The notes beneath the pieces are model-generated. The model saw nothing but the letters and a program-made list of their open reading frames with translations. It did no database searches and was not told the origin of the DNA. From a bacterium (lineage in GTDB: Bacteria; Hinthialibacterota; Hinthialibacteria; OLB16): DNA of 64,000 nucleotides. The stretch spans positions 40,111-104,110 of the forward strand of contig JAJVIK010000008.1 in assembly GCA_022072055.1 (NCBI GenBank), written 5' to 3'. Shown here one piece after another: positions 8,607-17,505 of this stretch. Position 1 is the stretch's first letter, and each line of letters begins with the position of its first letter. Made by a program: the position numbers and the translations under genes.

Positions 8607-11441
8607 CTATCGGTAGCCGAAGAGCATCGACCAGATGATGAACAGGGCGAGCGTCAAGCCCGTGAAAAGCGCCAGGAATCCGAAGAGTCTCGCCCAGAAG
8701 AGGAATTCCTTGCTGGGCGGCGGAACGGTCATCTCCTCAAGCTTCCCGCTTTCCTCCAGTTCCTTGTACAGATCGGGTTTATCCCTTTTCAATTCATCGG
8801 CGGGAACACAGCCGGTGAACATCACCATGTCCATGGGGAATTTATCGGGGCGGAAGTGGGTGTTGAAGAAGTGGATGGTGAAGATGAAGCCCACCGCGAG
8901 TAGCGCTTCATCGCTGTGAATGATGGTTGCCACGTTGATGATCCAACCCGGCAGGAAACGAGTGAAGAATTCCGGGAACCAGAGGATGAAGCCCGTGGAG
9001 CCGATGATGGCGATGCCCCAGAAGACCGCGAGATAGTCGAACTTCTCCCAGTAGGTCCACATGGCATAGCGCGGACGCGGCCCCATGCGCGCGAACCATT
9101 TGAGGGATTGGAAGAACTCGACCACATCCCGCCATGTGGGCGCGAGGGTGCGCGTGCCGCTGAGCATTCCCTTCCAGGTCAGTCCCTTTTCACGTTTCTT
9201 CTTGATCACATAGCCAAGGTGGAAAGCGAAGAGGATCACCATGGTGATCGCGCAGATGCGATGAATAATCCCGGCGGAGTTGAAGCCGCCCAGGAGGTTG
9301 GAAAGCCACACGGCCCACGGCATGTATGAAAACTTGAGTGTCATGCCGGTGAGGGCCAGTCCGAAGAAGGAGAGGATCATGATGAAATGGAACTGGCGCG
9401 TGACCCGGTCGAAGCGGAGAATGTATTTCTCCTCCGCCGGGCGCGGCTCCCGCTTCTTGCGGCGTTGTTCGACAAACGAGCGCGGGATCCAAGCCAGGGT
9501 GTGGATCCCGAAGAACGCGAAGGTCCCTATCAAGAGGCCGGTCATCGCCCAGAAGGTCCAGAAGAGCGCGGGGTATTTGTCGGGATCGTGGTGGGTGGCG
9601 TGGGTCAGATACCCGGCGAACTGGCGATGGGAGCCGGGATGGCACTGGGCGCAAGTTTCCACGATGTTCTCCCGGCTGAGCCTGGAGTTCGGGTCGGTCA
9701 CCGGAAGGATGTCATGCGCCCCGTGACAATTGTGGCACTTGGCGGCTCCGGCCGATCCCAGCTTGGAGACCTTGCCGTGATAGGTGTCGAAATAAGTCTC
9801 CGCCACATCGGCATGGCATTTCCCGCAGGTCTCCAGCATCCCCAATTTGAAAGCCTCGGCGTCGGTGCGTGAAATGGTGTGGGCGGTGTGGCAATCGCTG
9901 CACACGGGAAGCGGCTGCTCGGACTTGCTGACCAACGGCGAGTGGATGCTCTCATCGAAGGTCTCCTGGATGCCGTGATGGCAGGCCCCACAGGTGTTCC
10001 GAATGTTGGCCGGATTGACGCTCGATTCGGGATCGGTCTTCGGAAGGACGAGGTGGGCGGTGTGGCAGTCGGTGCAGACCGCGGTGACCAGGAGCCCGCT
10101 TTCGAGCAAGCCCTTGCCGTGGATGCTCTCGGAGTAGTTCTCAATGATCTCCGTCTGACTGCTGTGATGCCGCGCCGCGGCCTTGTGGCCTTCCTGGTGG
10201 CACTTGCCGCACAGGGTCGGCACGTTGTTGGGGAAGGTGGGTGAGGCCGGATTGGTTTGCGGAAGAGTTCCATGGGCGCTATGGCAATCGAGGCACACCG
10301 GAGCGTCGGGATCACCCTGCTTTGCCAACTGACCGTGATAGCTGCGTTCATGCTGTTGGACCTGCTCGGCGTGACAGATCGAGCAGTCCACTTTGGCGAC
10401 GACGGTCTCACAGGGTCGGTCGAGGCGCTTGTCCACGCCGGTGTGGCATTGGGCGCAGCGAACCTTGGAGTGAGTCGAACCGGCGAGGAGGTGCTGATCC
10501 ACGGAGGGGATAGGGCCATGCGCCGTTTCGATGGGCTGGGCGTGACAAGCCATGCAGTCACGGTCGCTGACCCCCTCCTCGTAATAGACCTTGCGGGCAT
10601 CATGGGGTTGGTGGCAGTCGATGCAGATCGGAATCTTATCGGGTTCTTTCTCCCAGAGCGCGCCCTCGATCACCTTGCGGTGAACTTGCTCGATCAGGGC
10701 ATGGCACTGGGTGCAGGTCTTGACCACGTTTTCCCGGTGGATGCTGGAATTGGGATCGGTGTGAGGGAGCACGTTGTGCGCGGTGTGGCAGCTGGTGCAG
10801 ACCGCGGTGACAGTCAGCCCCTTCTTGAGGACCCCCTCTCCGTGGATGCTCTCGGCGTAGTGTTGGAGGATGTCGTGTTGGGCGATGTTCCGTTCGCGCG
10901 CCACGGGAGCGTCCTCGGCGTGGCAGGCGCCGCACATTTGGGGGATGTTGATCGGATTGGTTCGGGCCTCGGGGCTGGCGCTGGGGATGATGTCATGGCC
11001 CCCGTGACAGTCCCAACAATGCGGGGCGAGCGGGTCCTTTTTCTCCACGGCCATGCCGTGCAGGCTGTGGCTGTACACGGTCTGTTCGTCATCGTGGCAG
11101 CCGGCGCAGTTGGGCGGCGGGAGCTTCTCGTCGTGGGGAAGATCCTCGATTCCGTCGTGGCAGTCGGTACAGGCGGCCTCCTGGTGGACCGAGCCTTCGA
11201 AGGACGCCGAGAGGATGAAGAGCCGGGCGGACTTGGGATCGGTGAAGTCCCAGTTGCTCGCCTCGGAGTGGCAGAGCATGCAGTCTTCGCTATCGAAGTC
11301 CTTGGCAAAAGCGGTCTCGGCGCCGAGGAACAGAAGCAGAGGAAGGCCGATCAAAAGGAAGCGCCGCGTAGGGAGCCGCGTTCTCCCGTCGGAATCGAGC
11401 GCGCGTGGAGCGCGCGTGGGGCGGTGGGGATCGTCATCCAT
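8607..11441 (-). CDS. Multiheme c-type cytochrome (19 CXXCH) fused to C-terminal b-type cytochrome membrane domain; CbcL-like paralog
   Basis: Signal peptide RRFLLIGLPLLLFLGAETAFA. 19 CXXCH motifs counted. C-terminal TM region with His-containing helices, alignable with the C-terminus of the 6196..8586 product (shared FRPDKFPMDMxxxTG motif). Confidence 0.8.
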   Translation of the reverse strand: MDDDPHRPTRAPRALDSDGRTRLPTRRFLLIGLPLLLFLGAETAFAKDFDSEDCMLCHSEASNWDFTDPKSARLFILSASFEGSVHQEAACTDCHDGIEDLPHDEKLPPPNCAGCHDDEQTVYSHSLHGMAVEKKDPLAPHCWDCHGGHDIIPSASPEARTNPINIPQMCGACHAEDAPVARERNIAQHDILQHYAESIHGEGVLKKGLTVTAVCTSCHTAHNVLPHTDPNSSIHRENVVKTCTQCHALIEQVHRKVIEGALWEKEPDKIPICIDCHQPHDARKVYYEEGVSDRDCMACHAQPIETAHGPIPSVDQHLLAGSTHSKVRCAQCHTGVDKRLDRPCETVVAKVDCSICHAEQVQQHERSYHGQLAKQGDPDAPVCLDCHSAHGTLPQTNPASPTFPNNVPTLCGKCHQEGHKAAARHHSSQTEIIENYSESIHGKGLLESGLLVTAVCTDCHTAHLVLPKTDPESSVNPANIRNTCGACHHGIQETFDESIHSPLVSKSEQPLPVCSDCHTAHTISRTDAEAFKLGMLETCGKCHADVAETYFDTYHGKVSKLGSAGAAKCHNCHGAHDILPVTDPNSRLSRENIVETCAQCHPGSHRQFAGYLTHATHHDPDKYPALFWTFWAMTGLLIGTFAFFGIHTLAWIPRSFVEQRRKKREPRPAEEKYILRFDRVTRQFHFIMILSFFGLALTGMTLKFSYMPWAVWLSNLLGGFNSAGIIHRICAITMVILFAFHLGYVIKKKREKGLTWKGMLSGTRTLAPTWRDVVEFFQSLKWFARMGPRPRYAMWTYWEKFDYLAVFWGIAIIGSTGFILWFPEFFTRFLPGWIINVATIIHSDEALLAVGFIFTIHFFNTHFRPDKFPMDMVMFTGCVPADELKRDKPDLYKELEESGKLEEMTVPPPSKEFLFWARLFGFLALFTGLTLALFIIWSMLFGYR

Positions 11442-11466
11442 GAGGGCGTTCCTTTGGGGTCAAATC

Positions 11467-13041
11467 CTAACGAGCCCGCGCGAGATCATCCGCCGGCGTC
11501 GTCCTCGCATGGGTGGCCTCGGCGCGGACCTTTGGGTAATCCGTGGGTTCGGGAGCCGCATGGCACTCCGTGCAATTCGTGGACTCGTCCAATTCCCCCA
11601 TGTCGAGCGGGTGATTGAAGGGAGCCACTTGGTAGGGGAGATCCTTCAGGAACTCGAAGCCTTCCCCCTGGCCGGTGATCACATGGCAGTTGTCGCAGGA
11701 GTGGGAAATGGCATCCCCTGTCTCCGCCTTGTGTTTGCCGTCGTGGCAACGGTAGCAGCCATCCCAGCGAAAATGTCCGGTGAACGCGGGGTGGGTGGTC
11801 CAATCGACATTCATCTCCGGGAAGAAGTTCTCCGAGTAGATCTTCTTGACCGACTCAATGGCCCTATCCACCGTGGTCGCGCGGGTCGCGTCGGAGGAGT
11901 CCGCATCCGCCAGGAGATTTTCGCGCATGCCTTTCTCGATCGTTTCCAACGCGGTTTCAGTGGTGGGATAAGCGGTCTCCAAGAGCTCCATCACGGTTCC
12001 CTTGACTCCCGGCAAGGCGACCGAAATGTCGCCATGAGAGATCGCGTCATTCACCAACTTCGTGGGATCGCGGAAGATGTGCGAGGGGCGATTGTGGCAA
12101 TCGATGCAGTCCATGGTGCGCAACTCATGGGTGGAGGAGGCAATCTCCGGCGGGCAGTCCTCCGAGGTGAAGACCGTGCTCCTGCCCTCGCGATCGGTCA
12201 TGCGCACCCAGGGGATCTTGAGGCGCTCCCGGTCGGTGGCGATGTATTCGATCTTGTAACCGCTGCTGACATGCCAGTGGATTCCGGTGGCTTTCTCCCC
12301 CTGGCCGCCGCCCACCTTAAGGAGCATGCGGATGACATAGGGGGTGTTTTCATCCGTGTTGGTGTAATGAACGATGGTCTTTTCGAGGTTCCCGCTGAAC
12401 TTGTCGGGCCAATGGCATTCCTCGCAGGTTTCGCGCGCGGGCCGCAGGTCGCGGATGGGAGTTTCGATGGGCAGATGGTAGGTCTCCAAACTGTAAGCGA
12501 ACACCTGACGAAGGCCCGAGAGCTTGCTTTTCACATACCAGTCGGCGCCCGCGCCGATGTGACATTCCACGCAGCTGACTTTGGCGTGAGGGGAATTATG
12601 GTAGGTGACATATTCCGGCTTCATGACCTGATGGCAGGTCAGTCCGCAGAACTCGGTGGATTCGGTGAAGTGGTAGCTCCGATAGGATCCGACCGCCGAG
12701 AGACAGGCGAAAACAGTCAAAAACAGCCCGAAGTACTTGATCTTGCGGGCATGCCTTGGGTCGCCGAAATTGATGACGAAGGGCTGACGGGTCTCCGGCG
12801 AGCCTTTGAGTCGCGCCCGAACGCGCAGCACCCAGGAAACCCCCACCATCGAAAGGCCGATGGAGAGAAACATCGGGGTGAGGAGATAGGTGACCACGCC
12901 GGTGTAAGGGTTGGCGTGCCCCCAAACCAGGTCATAGAAAATCAGCGAGGCCCCGACCCCCAGGGCCGAAAGGGTGAGGATCCATCCCGCCAGGCCCAAG
13001 AGGGTCCGCGCGGGGATCTTCTCGGAATTCCCGTTCGCCAT
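11467..13041 (-). CDS. Membrane-anchored heptaheme c-type cytochrome, NapC/NirT-like N-terminus (ImcH-like)
   Basis: Two N-terminal TM helices. Six CXXCH motifs plus one CGLTCHQVM (CX3CH followed by Met, resembling the NrfH/NapC heme-1 region). Start moved to the Met with AAGGAGG RBS (MANGNSEK...). Confidence 0.7.
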   Translation of the reverse strand: MANGNSEKIPARTLLGLAGWILTLSALGVGASLIFYDLVWGHANPYTGVVTYLLTPMFLSIGLSMVGVSWVLRVRARLKGSPETRQPFVINFGDPRHARKIKYFGLFLTVFACLSAVGSYRSYHFTESTEFCGLTCHQVMKPEYVTYHNSPHAKVSCVECHIGAGADWYVKSKLSGLRQVFAYSLETYHLPIETPIRDLRPARETCEECHWPDKFSGNLEKTIVHYTNTDENTPYVIRMLLKVGGGQGEKATGIHWHVSSGYKIEYIATDRERLKIPWVRMTDREGRSTVFTSEDCPPEIASSTHELRTMDCIDCHNRPSHIFRDPTKLVNDAISHGDISVALPGVKGTVMELLETAYPTTETALETIEKGMRENLLADADSSDATRATTVDRAIESVKKIYSENFFPEMNVDWTTHPAFTGHFRWDGCYRCHDGKHKAETGDAISHSCDNCHVITGQGEGFEFLKDLPYQVAPFNHPLDMGELDESTNCTECHAAPEPTDYPKVRAEATHARTTPADDLARAR

Positions 13042-13080
13042 GCCTTCCAATCCTCCTTCGCGATCAGAAACCAATACAAA

Positions 13081-14244
13081 TCATTTTCCGGGCGCGGTCG
13101 CATCCCCGACTCGCTTGCCGGGAAGCGTCTCCGGATACTGCTTGCCGTCCTCATGGCAGCCGGCGCAACCCACCGGCTTGCCGAGACCCGCCACATGGCA
13201 ATCGGCGCAGGAAGCCTCCTGGTGGAGCTCATCGAGCTCCAACCCGGTTAGCTTATGATCGAAAGCCTCCGGCATCCAGTCCGGAGCGTGGCAACTCCGG
13301 CAGTCGGGGCTGAGGCCCCCGAAGACCTTTCCGCCGACATGACAGGCGGCGCAGTCGCGCTCCGAATGGTAAGGTTTGAGCGAGAACCCGGTGCGGCGGC
13401 CATGTTCAAAACCTGCGGTCTCGCTCTGGGCGTGACAGCGGGTGCAGTTATCGGAGACATCATGGCAGGCGGAGCAATCCTCATGAGGGTCGGTTCGAAC
13501 ACGATGGTTCGGCGCGGTTCCGCCGTGGCAACGGCTGCAGTTCTCCTTGCGGTGGCACTCCACACAGGCCAGGCCGAAGAGCTGGATGTGCTCCCCATGA
13601 TGGAAGGTCACCACGCCCCCCTCGGGCATGTCCGGAGTCTTATAGACCCATTTCCCGGGCGGTTTCACATTGGGATGGAGCCGTCCCATGATGTCCGTGG
13701 CTTCGGGAGTCACCGGGATGATATGGCCGTTCTCGCGCGGCTGATGGCAGACCGCGCAATCAGTTTCATGGCTCCACTCACGGTGGCAGGAGAGGCACTG
13801 GCGGTGGTAGGCCCCTTTCAGGCCGGGCTGCCCGAGGTGTTCGGGATTTGAGGGGCCGCCGTGGCACTCCTTGCAGCCGAGGATCTTTCCGGGCGGGTTG
13901 TGGTGATGGCAGACCGCGCACCCTTGCGCCATCCCCTCCATGTCGGCGTGGAGTTTATGGGGAAAGAACACCGGTCCGTAGAGATCGCTGAGCTGATCGA
14001 GCACGAAGAAATCCGGGATATCGGCGGTCGCGGTGGCGGGGATGGGAGTGGGGGCGACCTCGTGGGGTCTGGGGCAGCCGCGGAGACACGGGGCCTCGCG
14101 AGTCGGAGCGTTACAGGCGTGACAGTCCACACAGGGGCGATTCCGCAAGTCGGCGGCCCCCTCGAACGCACACGCCGCGAGGGGCGAAAGGCACGGGAAT
14201 CCCGCGATCAGACCGGAGATGAGAATCTTGGGGAGACATGGCAT
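13081..14244 (-). CDS. Periplasmic 13-heme c-type cytochrome (cytochrome c3 superfamily, HmcA/NhcA-like), possible lipoprotein
   Basis: 13 CXXCH motifs in about 385 aa. Signal peptide with LAAC lipobox-like end. Start chosen at the third Met for RBS spacing. Confidence 0.8.
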   Translation of the reverse strand: MPCLPKILISGLIAGFPCLSPLAACAFEGAADLRNRPCVDCHACNAPTREAPCLRGCPRPHEVAPTPIPATATADIPDFFVLDQLSDLYGPVFFPHKLHADMEGMAQGCAVCHHHNPPGKILGCKECHGGPSNPEHLGQPGLKGAYHRQCLSCHREWSHETDCAVCHQPRENGHIIPVTPEATDIMGRLHPNVKPPGKWVYKTPDMPEGGVVTFHHGEHIQLFGLACVECHRKENCSRCHGGTAPNHRVRTDPHEDCSACHDVSDNCTRCHAQSETAGFEHGRRTGFSLKPYHSERDCAACHVGGKVFGGLSPDCRSCHAPDWMPEAFDHKLTGLELDELHQEASCADCHVAGLGKPVGCAGCHEDGKQYPETLPGKRVGDATAPGK

Positions 14245-14260
14245 GAGCATTCCCTCCCCT

Positions 14261-15490
14261 CTAGGCCCTTCCCGCGCGAACCGCGCGTTCTCTCGGAAGG
14301 ATCGGAAAGATGGTGACCGCGGCGCGGTAAACCAGCATCAGCGCCGCCACCATCCCCACGGTGAAGAAGATTTCCATGAGGCTGGGGAAGTAGGCCTTCT
14401 GGGCGAATGGGGGTTGATAGGCGACCAGAAACACGTTGATCCGATTGATCGCCACGCCGACAACCACGAGTGTGGAGGCCGCCAGCAGCAAATTGGGCGA
14501 ATGCCGGACGCGCTCGGAGAGCAGCATCCCCATCGGCAGCAACCCTCCGAGACAGATCTCGACCAGAAACATCCAGGATTCGAGGCTCCCCTCCAGAACA
14601 TGAACATAAGCGTCCCGGATCAGGAGATCCGCCGCCTTGGCGATCAGATAGATCCCGAGTGTGAGCACCACGAGCCGCGAGAGGGGAGTGAGCACGCTCA
14701 TCTCGGGCTTGCGGCCAAAGCTCTTGGATGCCAGGAGCGACTCGAAAATGACCATCGGGTAGCCCACCGCGATGGCGGACAAGAGAAAGAGGAACGGCAG
14801 CACGGGGGTGTACCAAAGGGGATGGACTTTGTAGGGAGCGATCAGGAGCAGACCGCCGAGGGAGGATTGATGCATGCAGGAGAGCACCACTCCCGCGATG
14901 ATGAACAGGAACATGACCTTCGAGAGGGTGCGATCAAGAAAACGCAGCAGCCGGTCCACCGGGCGATTCAACGCGGCCAGGAAGCCCGGCAGGTTCACCG
15001 CCCCGATGAAGCGCTCGCAGACCACCGGGAGGAACTCGATATAGAGGACATTCAGGTAAACCACCACGCACATGCCGACCTCGAAGAGGACCGAATTCCC
15101 TTGCCACATCGAGGGCAGCAAGGGGTGGTGCATGTTGTAATAGCGCCCCAGGTCCACGGTGAGTCCGAGGGCCACGAATGTGTAGCCCAGCATGGCGGTG
15201 AGCAGCGCGGGTCGAACCAGGACTTCGTAGCGATGCCGATGAAAGATGTGGGTGAGCGCGGCGGCGGTGGTGAATCCGCCCGCGGCCAAGGCCACTCCGG
15301 TGGCGACATCGAGCGCGATCCAGATCCCCCAGGGATGCTCTTGATCCAGGTTCGTGGTGGCGGCCAGCCCGAAAAGGAAGCGGTAGATGGCGATCCCCAC
15401 CGCAATCAGGGTGAAGGCGATCAGGAAGTAGACCCCCGGTGTCCAGAACTCGTGGCGGGCGGGCTCGGCGCGAACCGTGCTATGCGTCAT
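14261..15490 (-). CDS. NrfD/PsrC-family integral membrane quinone-interacting subunit (HmcC/NhcC-like)
   Basis: About 10 TM helices. NrfD-family sequence character (GIWIALDVATGVALAAGGF, YYNMHHPLLPSMWQGNSVLFEVG). Start at internal Met with GGAGGG RBS, overlapping the FeS gene by 11 nt. Confidence 0.75.
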   Translation of the reverse strand: MTHSTVRAEPARHEFWTPGVYFLIAFTLIAVGIAIYRFLFGLAATTNLDQEHPWGIWIALDVATGVALAAGGFTTAAALTHIFHRHRYEVLVRPALLTAMLGYTFVALGLTVDLGRYYNMHHPLLPSMWQGNSVLFEVGMCVVVYLNVLYIEFLPVVCERFIGAVNLPGFLAALNRPVDRLLRFLDRTLSKVMFLFIIAGVVLSCMHQSSLGGLLLIAPYKVHPLWYTPVLPFLFLLSAIAVGYPMVIFESLLASKSFGRKPEMSVLTPLSRLVVLTLGIYLIAKAADLLIRDAYVHVLEGSLESWMFLVEICLGGLLPMGMLLSERVRHSPNLLLAASTLVVVGVAINRINVFLVAYQPPFAQKAYFPSLMEIFFTVGMVAALMLVYRAAVTIFPILPRERAVRAGRA

Positions 15491-16406
15491 TCGTCTCGCC
15501 CTCCATGTCGTGGCTGACCGGTGGATCATCTCCATTCCGGTAAGCCCACATCATCGCGCCCAGAAGCCCATAAAGGGTCAGAGGAGGAATCCCGAACTTG
15601 AAGATGGCATGCTGGATCGGTTCGGTGAGCGAGGGCAGCGCCCCGGGACCCAACTTGAGAAACCCCAGCTCTTCAAACTCCCTTGGAGCGAGATAGAGCC
15701 AGGAGGTCCCCCCGACCTCGTGTTCGCCATAGACATGGTTGATGTACCGCTCCGGATTGTCCGCGATCTTCTTATGGGCAAGTTCGAGCAGTTCGGAGCG
15801 TTGTCCGAAGGTGAGGGCCATTGGGGGACACATCTCGGCGCAGGCTGGGATCTTGCCCTCGTGGGTCACTCGTTCGTGGCAGAAGGTGCACTTGCGGACC
15901 TGGGGTGTAAACGGTTCGTGGTACTCGTAAGTGGGCACTCCAAATGGACACGCGACCATGCAGTAGCGGCAACCGAGGCATTTCCAGGCTTCATAAACCA
16001 CCGCGCCGTTTTCCGCCACCTGGAGCGCTCCCACCAAGCAGGCCGAGGTGCAAGCCGGTCGCAGACAGTGCATGCATTGGATTTTCACCGAGATCGGCTT
16101 TTCCGGGTTGTCCGGGTTGGGGTAACGGTTGACCACCGTGAAGGAGTCCTCGTCCATTCTCCTCGGTGTGTCCAAGATCGAGAGATCCTCGAAGGCGCTG
16201 GGGGGCTGCCCCGTGAGCTCATGGGCGTGATCGCAGGCGTACTCGCACTTTCGGCAGCCGATGCATTCGGTGGTGTCCACCAGCATGCCCATGCCCTCGC
16301 CAAGCGAAGCGGAGGGGGAAGAGGCATCCGACCTGTCGGGGGAGGCCACCGCTCCAGCGGCGCCCAAACCGAGGACCTGAAAGAAACCTCTGCGGCTGAC
16401 TTTCAC
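15480..16406 (-). CDS. Tat-exported 4Fe-4S ferredoxin-type iron-sulfur subunit (HmcB/NhcB/NrfC/PsrB-like)
   Basis: Four Cys clusters (CIGCRKCEYAC, CMHCLRPACTSAC, CLGCRYCMVACP, CTFCHERV...CAEMCP). Tat motif SRRGFFQVLGLGAAGAVAS. Start reassigned to GTG at 16406 (GAGGAGG RBS 8 nt upstream), giving MKVSRRGFF. The ORF-track N-terminal extension is AT-rich promoter DNA. Confidence 0.75.
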   Translation of the reverse strand: MKVSRRGFFQVLGLGAAGAVASPDRSDASSPSASLGEGMGMLVDTTECIGCRKCEYACDHAHELTGQPPSAFEDLSILDTPRRMDEDSFTVVNRYPNPDNPEKPISVKIQCMHCLRPACTSACLVGALQVAENGAVVYEAWKCLGCRYCMVACPFGVPTYEYHEPFTPQVRKCTFCHERVTHEGKIPACAEMCPPMALTFGQRSELLELAHKKIADNPERYINHVYGEHEVGGTSWLYLAPREFEELGFLKLGPGALPSLTEPIQHAIFKFGIPPLTLYGLLGAMMWAYRNGDDPPVSHDMEGETNDA

Positions 16407-16470
16407 GGGGGCGGCCTCCTCGTCGCTGACCGGAAGGGGAGGAATCAACTTATTCCGGTACTGTATTGAT

Positions 16471-16499
16471 ATTATAGGTCTCTTAGAGTCCGCATTCAA
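16471..16499 (-). promoter_or_regulatory. Near-consensus sigma70-type promoter (TTGAAT-17 nt-TATAAT) for the cytochrome operon
   Basis: Minus strand reads cTTGAATgcggactctaagagaccTATAATatc. Lies in a locally AT-rich 60 nt stretch of GC-rich DNA, about 60 nt upstream of the reassigned GTG start. Confidence 0.5.
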
Positions 16500-16581
16500 G
16501 CGTTCCGCGCGCGCGATGCTTGAGAGACTGGCCCGAGAGGGATAGTATCGGGGTCAAGAGATGGGGTAGAGGGGGGAGTGC

Positions 16582-17505
16582 ATGCCACATCTGGTGGTGG
16601 TGGGAAGTTCCAACACCGATCTCGTCGTCCAAGCGCCGCGTTTTCCAAATCCGGGAGAGAGCCTCACCGGGGGTGTTTTTGCTCAATTCCAGGGGGGGAA
16701 GGGCGCGAATCAGGCGGTGGCCGCCGCGCGCGCCGGGGCGAAAGTCACCTTCGTGGGGCGCGTGGGGCAGGATGATTTCGGGCGAATCGCCCTGGCCGCG
16801 CTCGGAGCCGAGGGGATCGACACCCGTTTGACCATCCAGGACCCCAAGCTCGCCAGCGGCGTGGCCTTGATTGTGGTCGATGCGGGTGGGGAGAATATGA
16901 TCGTGGTGGCGATGGGGGCTAATGATGCGATCTCCCGGGAACAGGTCGATTCCGCCACGGAAGTCCTCTCCGAGGCGGACGCTGTCTTGACTCAGCTGGA
17001 GATGCCGATCGACACGGTGGCGCACCTTGCGGAAACGGTGGACCGCGTGGGGGCGACCCTGATCCTGAATCCAGCCCCCGCCCAGCCCATTCCGGATTCC
17101 GTGCTGCCGTGTGTGGATGTGCTCACTCCCAATTTGGTGGAACTCGAGACCCTCACTCACATGCCTGTAGAGAGCGTGGAGGAGGTGGAGCGGGCCGCGC
17201 GCTCCTTCCTCAAAAGGGGGGTGGGCGCGGTGGTGGTCACTCAGGGGCGCGAGGGGTGCATGGTGGTGACCCCGGAAGAGGGCTGGTGGAGCCGTGCGCT
17301 GCCCGCGGACGCCCGCGACACGGTCGGAGCGGGGGACTGTTTTTCGGGGAATCTGGCCGTGGCCCTGGCCGAGGGGAAAAGCTTGCGGGAGGCGGTGCGT
17401 TTCGCGACTGTGGCGGCCGGGATCTCGGTCACCCGTCTGGGAGCCCAGCCTTCCATGCCCCACCGTCGTGAAATCGAAGAGGTCCTCGCGGAGGTGAGCC
17501 TATGA
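16582..17505 (+). CDS. rbsK: Ribokinase / PfkB-family carbohydrate kinase
   Basis: MPHLVVVGSSNTDLVV...GGKGANQAVAAARAGA and C-terminal DTVGAGDCF motif are typical of ribokinase. Confidence 0.75.
   Translation: MPHLVVVGSSNTDLVVQAPRFPNPGESLTGGVFAQFQGGKGANQAVAAARAGAKVTFVGRVGQDDFGRIALAALGAEGIDTRLTIQDPKLASGVALIVVDAGGENMIVVAMGANDAISREQVDSATEVLSEADAVLTQLEMPIDTVAHLAETVDRVGATLILNPAPAQPIPDSVLPCVDVLTPNLVELETLTHMPVESVEEVERAARSFLKRGVGAVVVTQGREGCMVVTPEEGWWSRALPADARDTVGAGDCFSGNLAVALAEGKSLREAVRFATVAAGISVTRLGAQPSMPHRREIEEVLAEVSL

Noticed and set aside
10257-13251. Plus-strand ORFs of 453 aa and 732 aa
   Set aside because: Antisense to the multiheme cytochrome genes, whose minus-strand frames carry dozens of CXXCH motifs. 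These are shadow ORFs.
16407-16499. ORF-track N-terminal extension of the FeS subunit (MNADSKRPIISIQYRNKLIPPLPVSDEEAAP)
   Set aside because: Encoded by the AT-rich stretch that contains a TTGAAT-17-TATAAT promoter. A downstream GTG with GAGGAGG RBS yields a canonical Tat signal peptide, so the extension is more likely non-coding.
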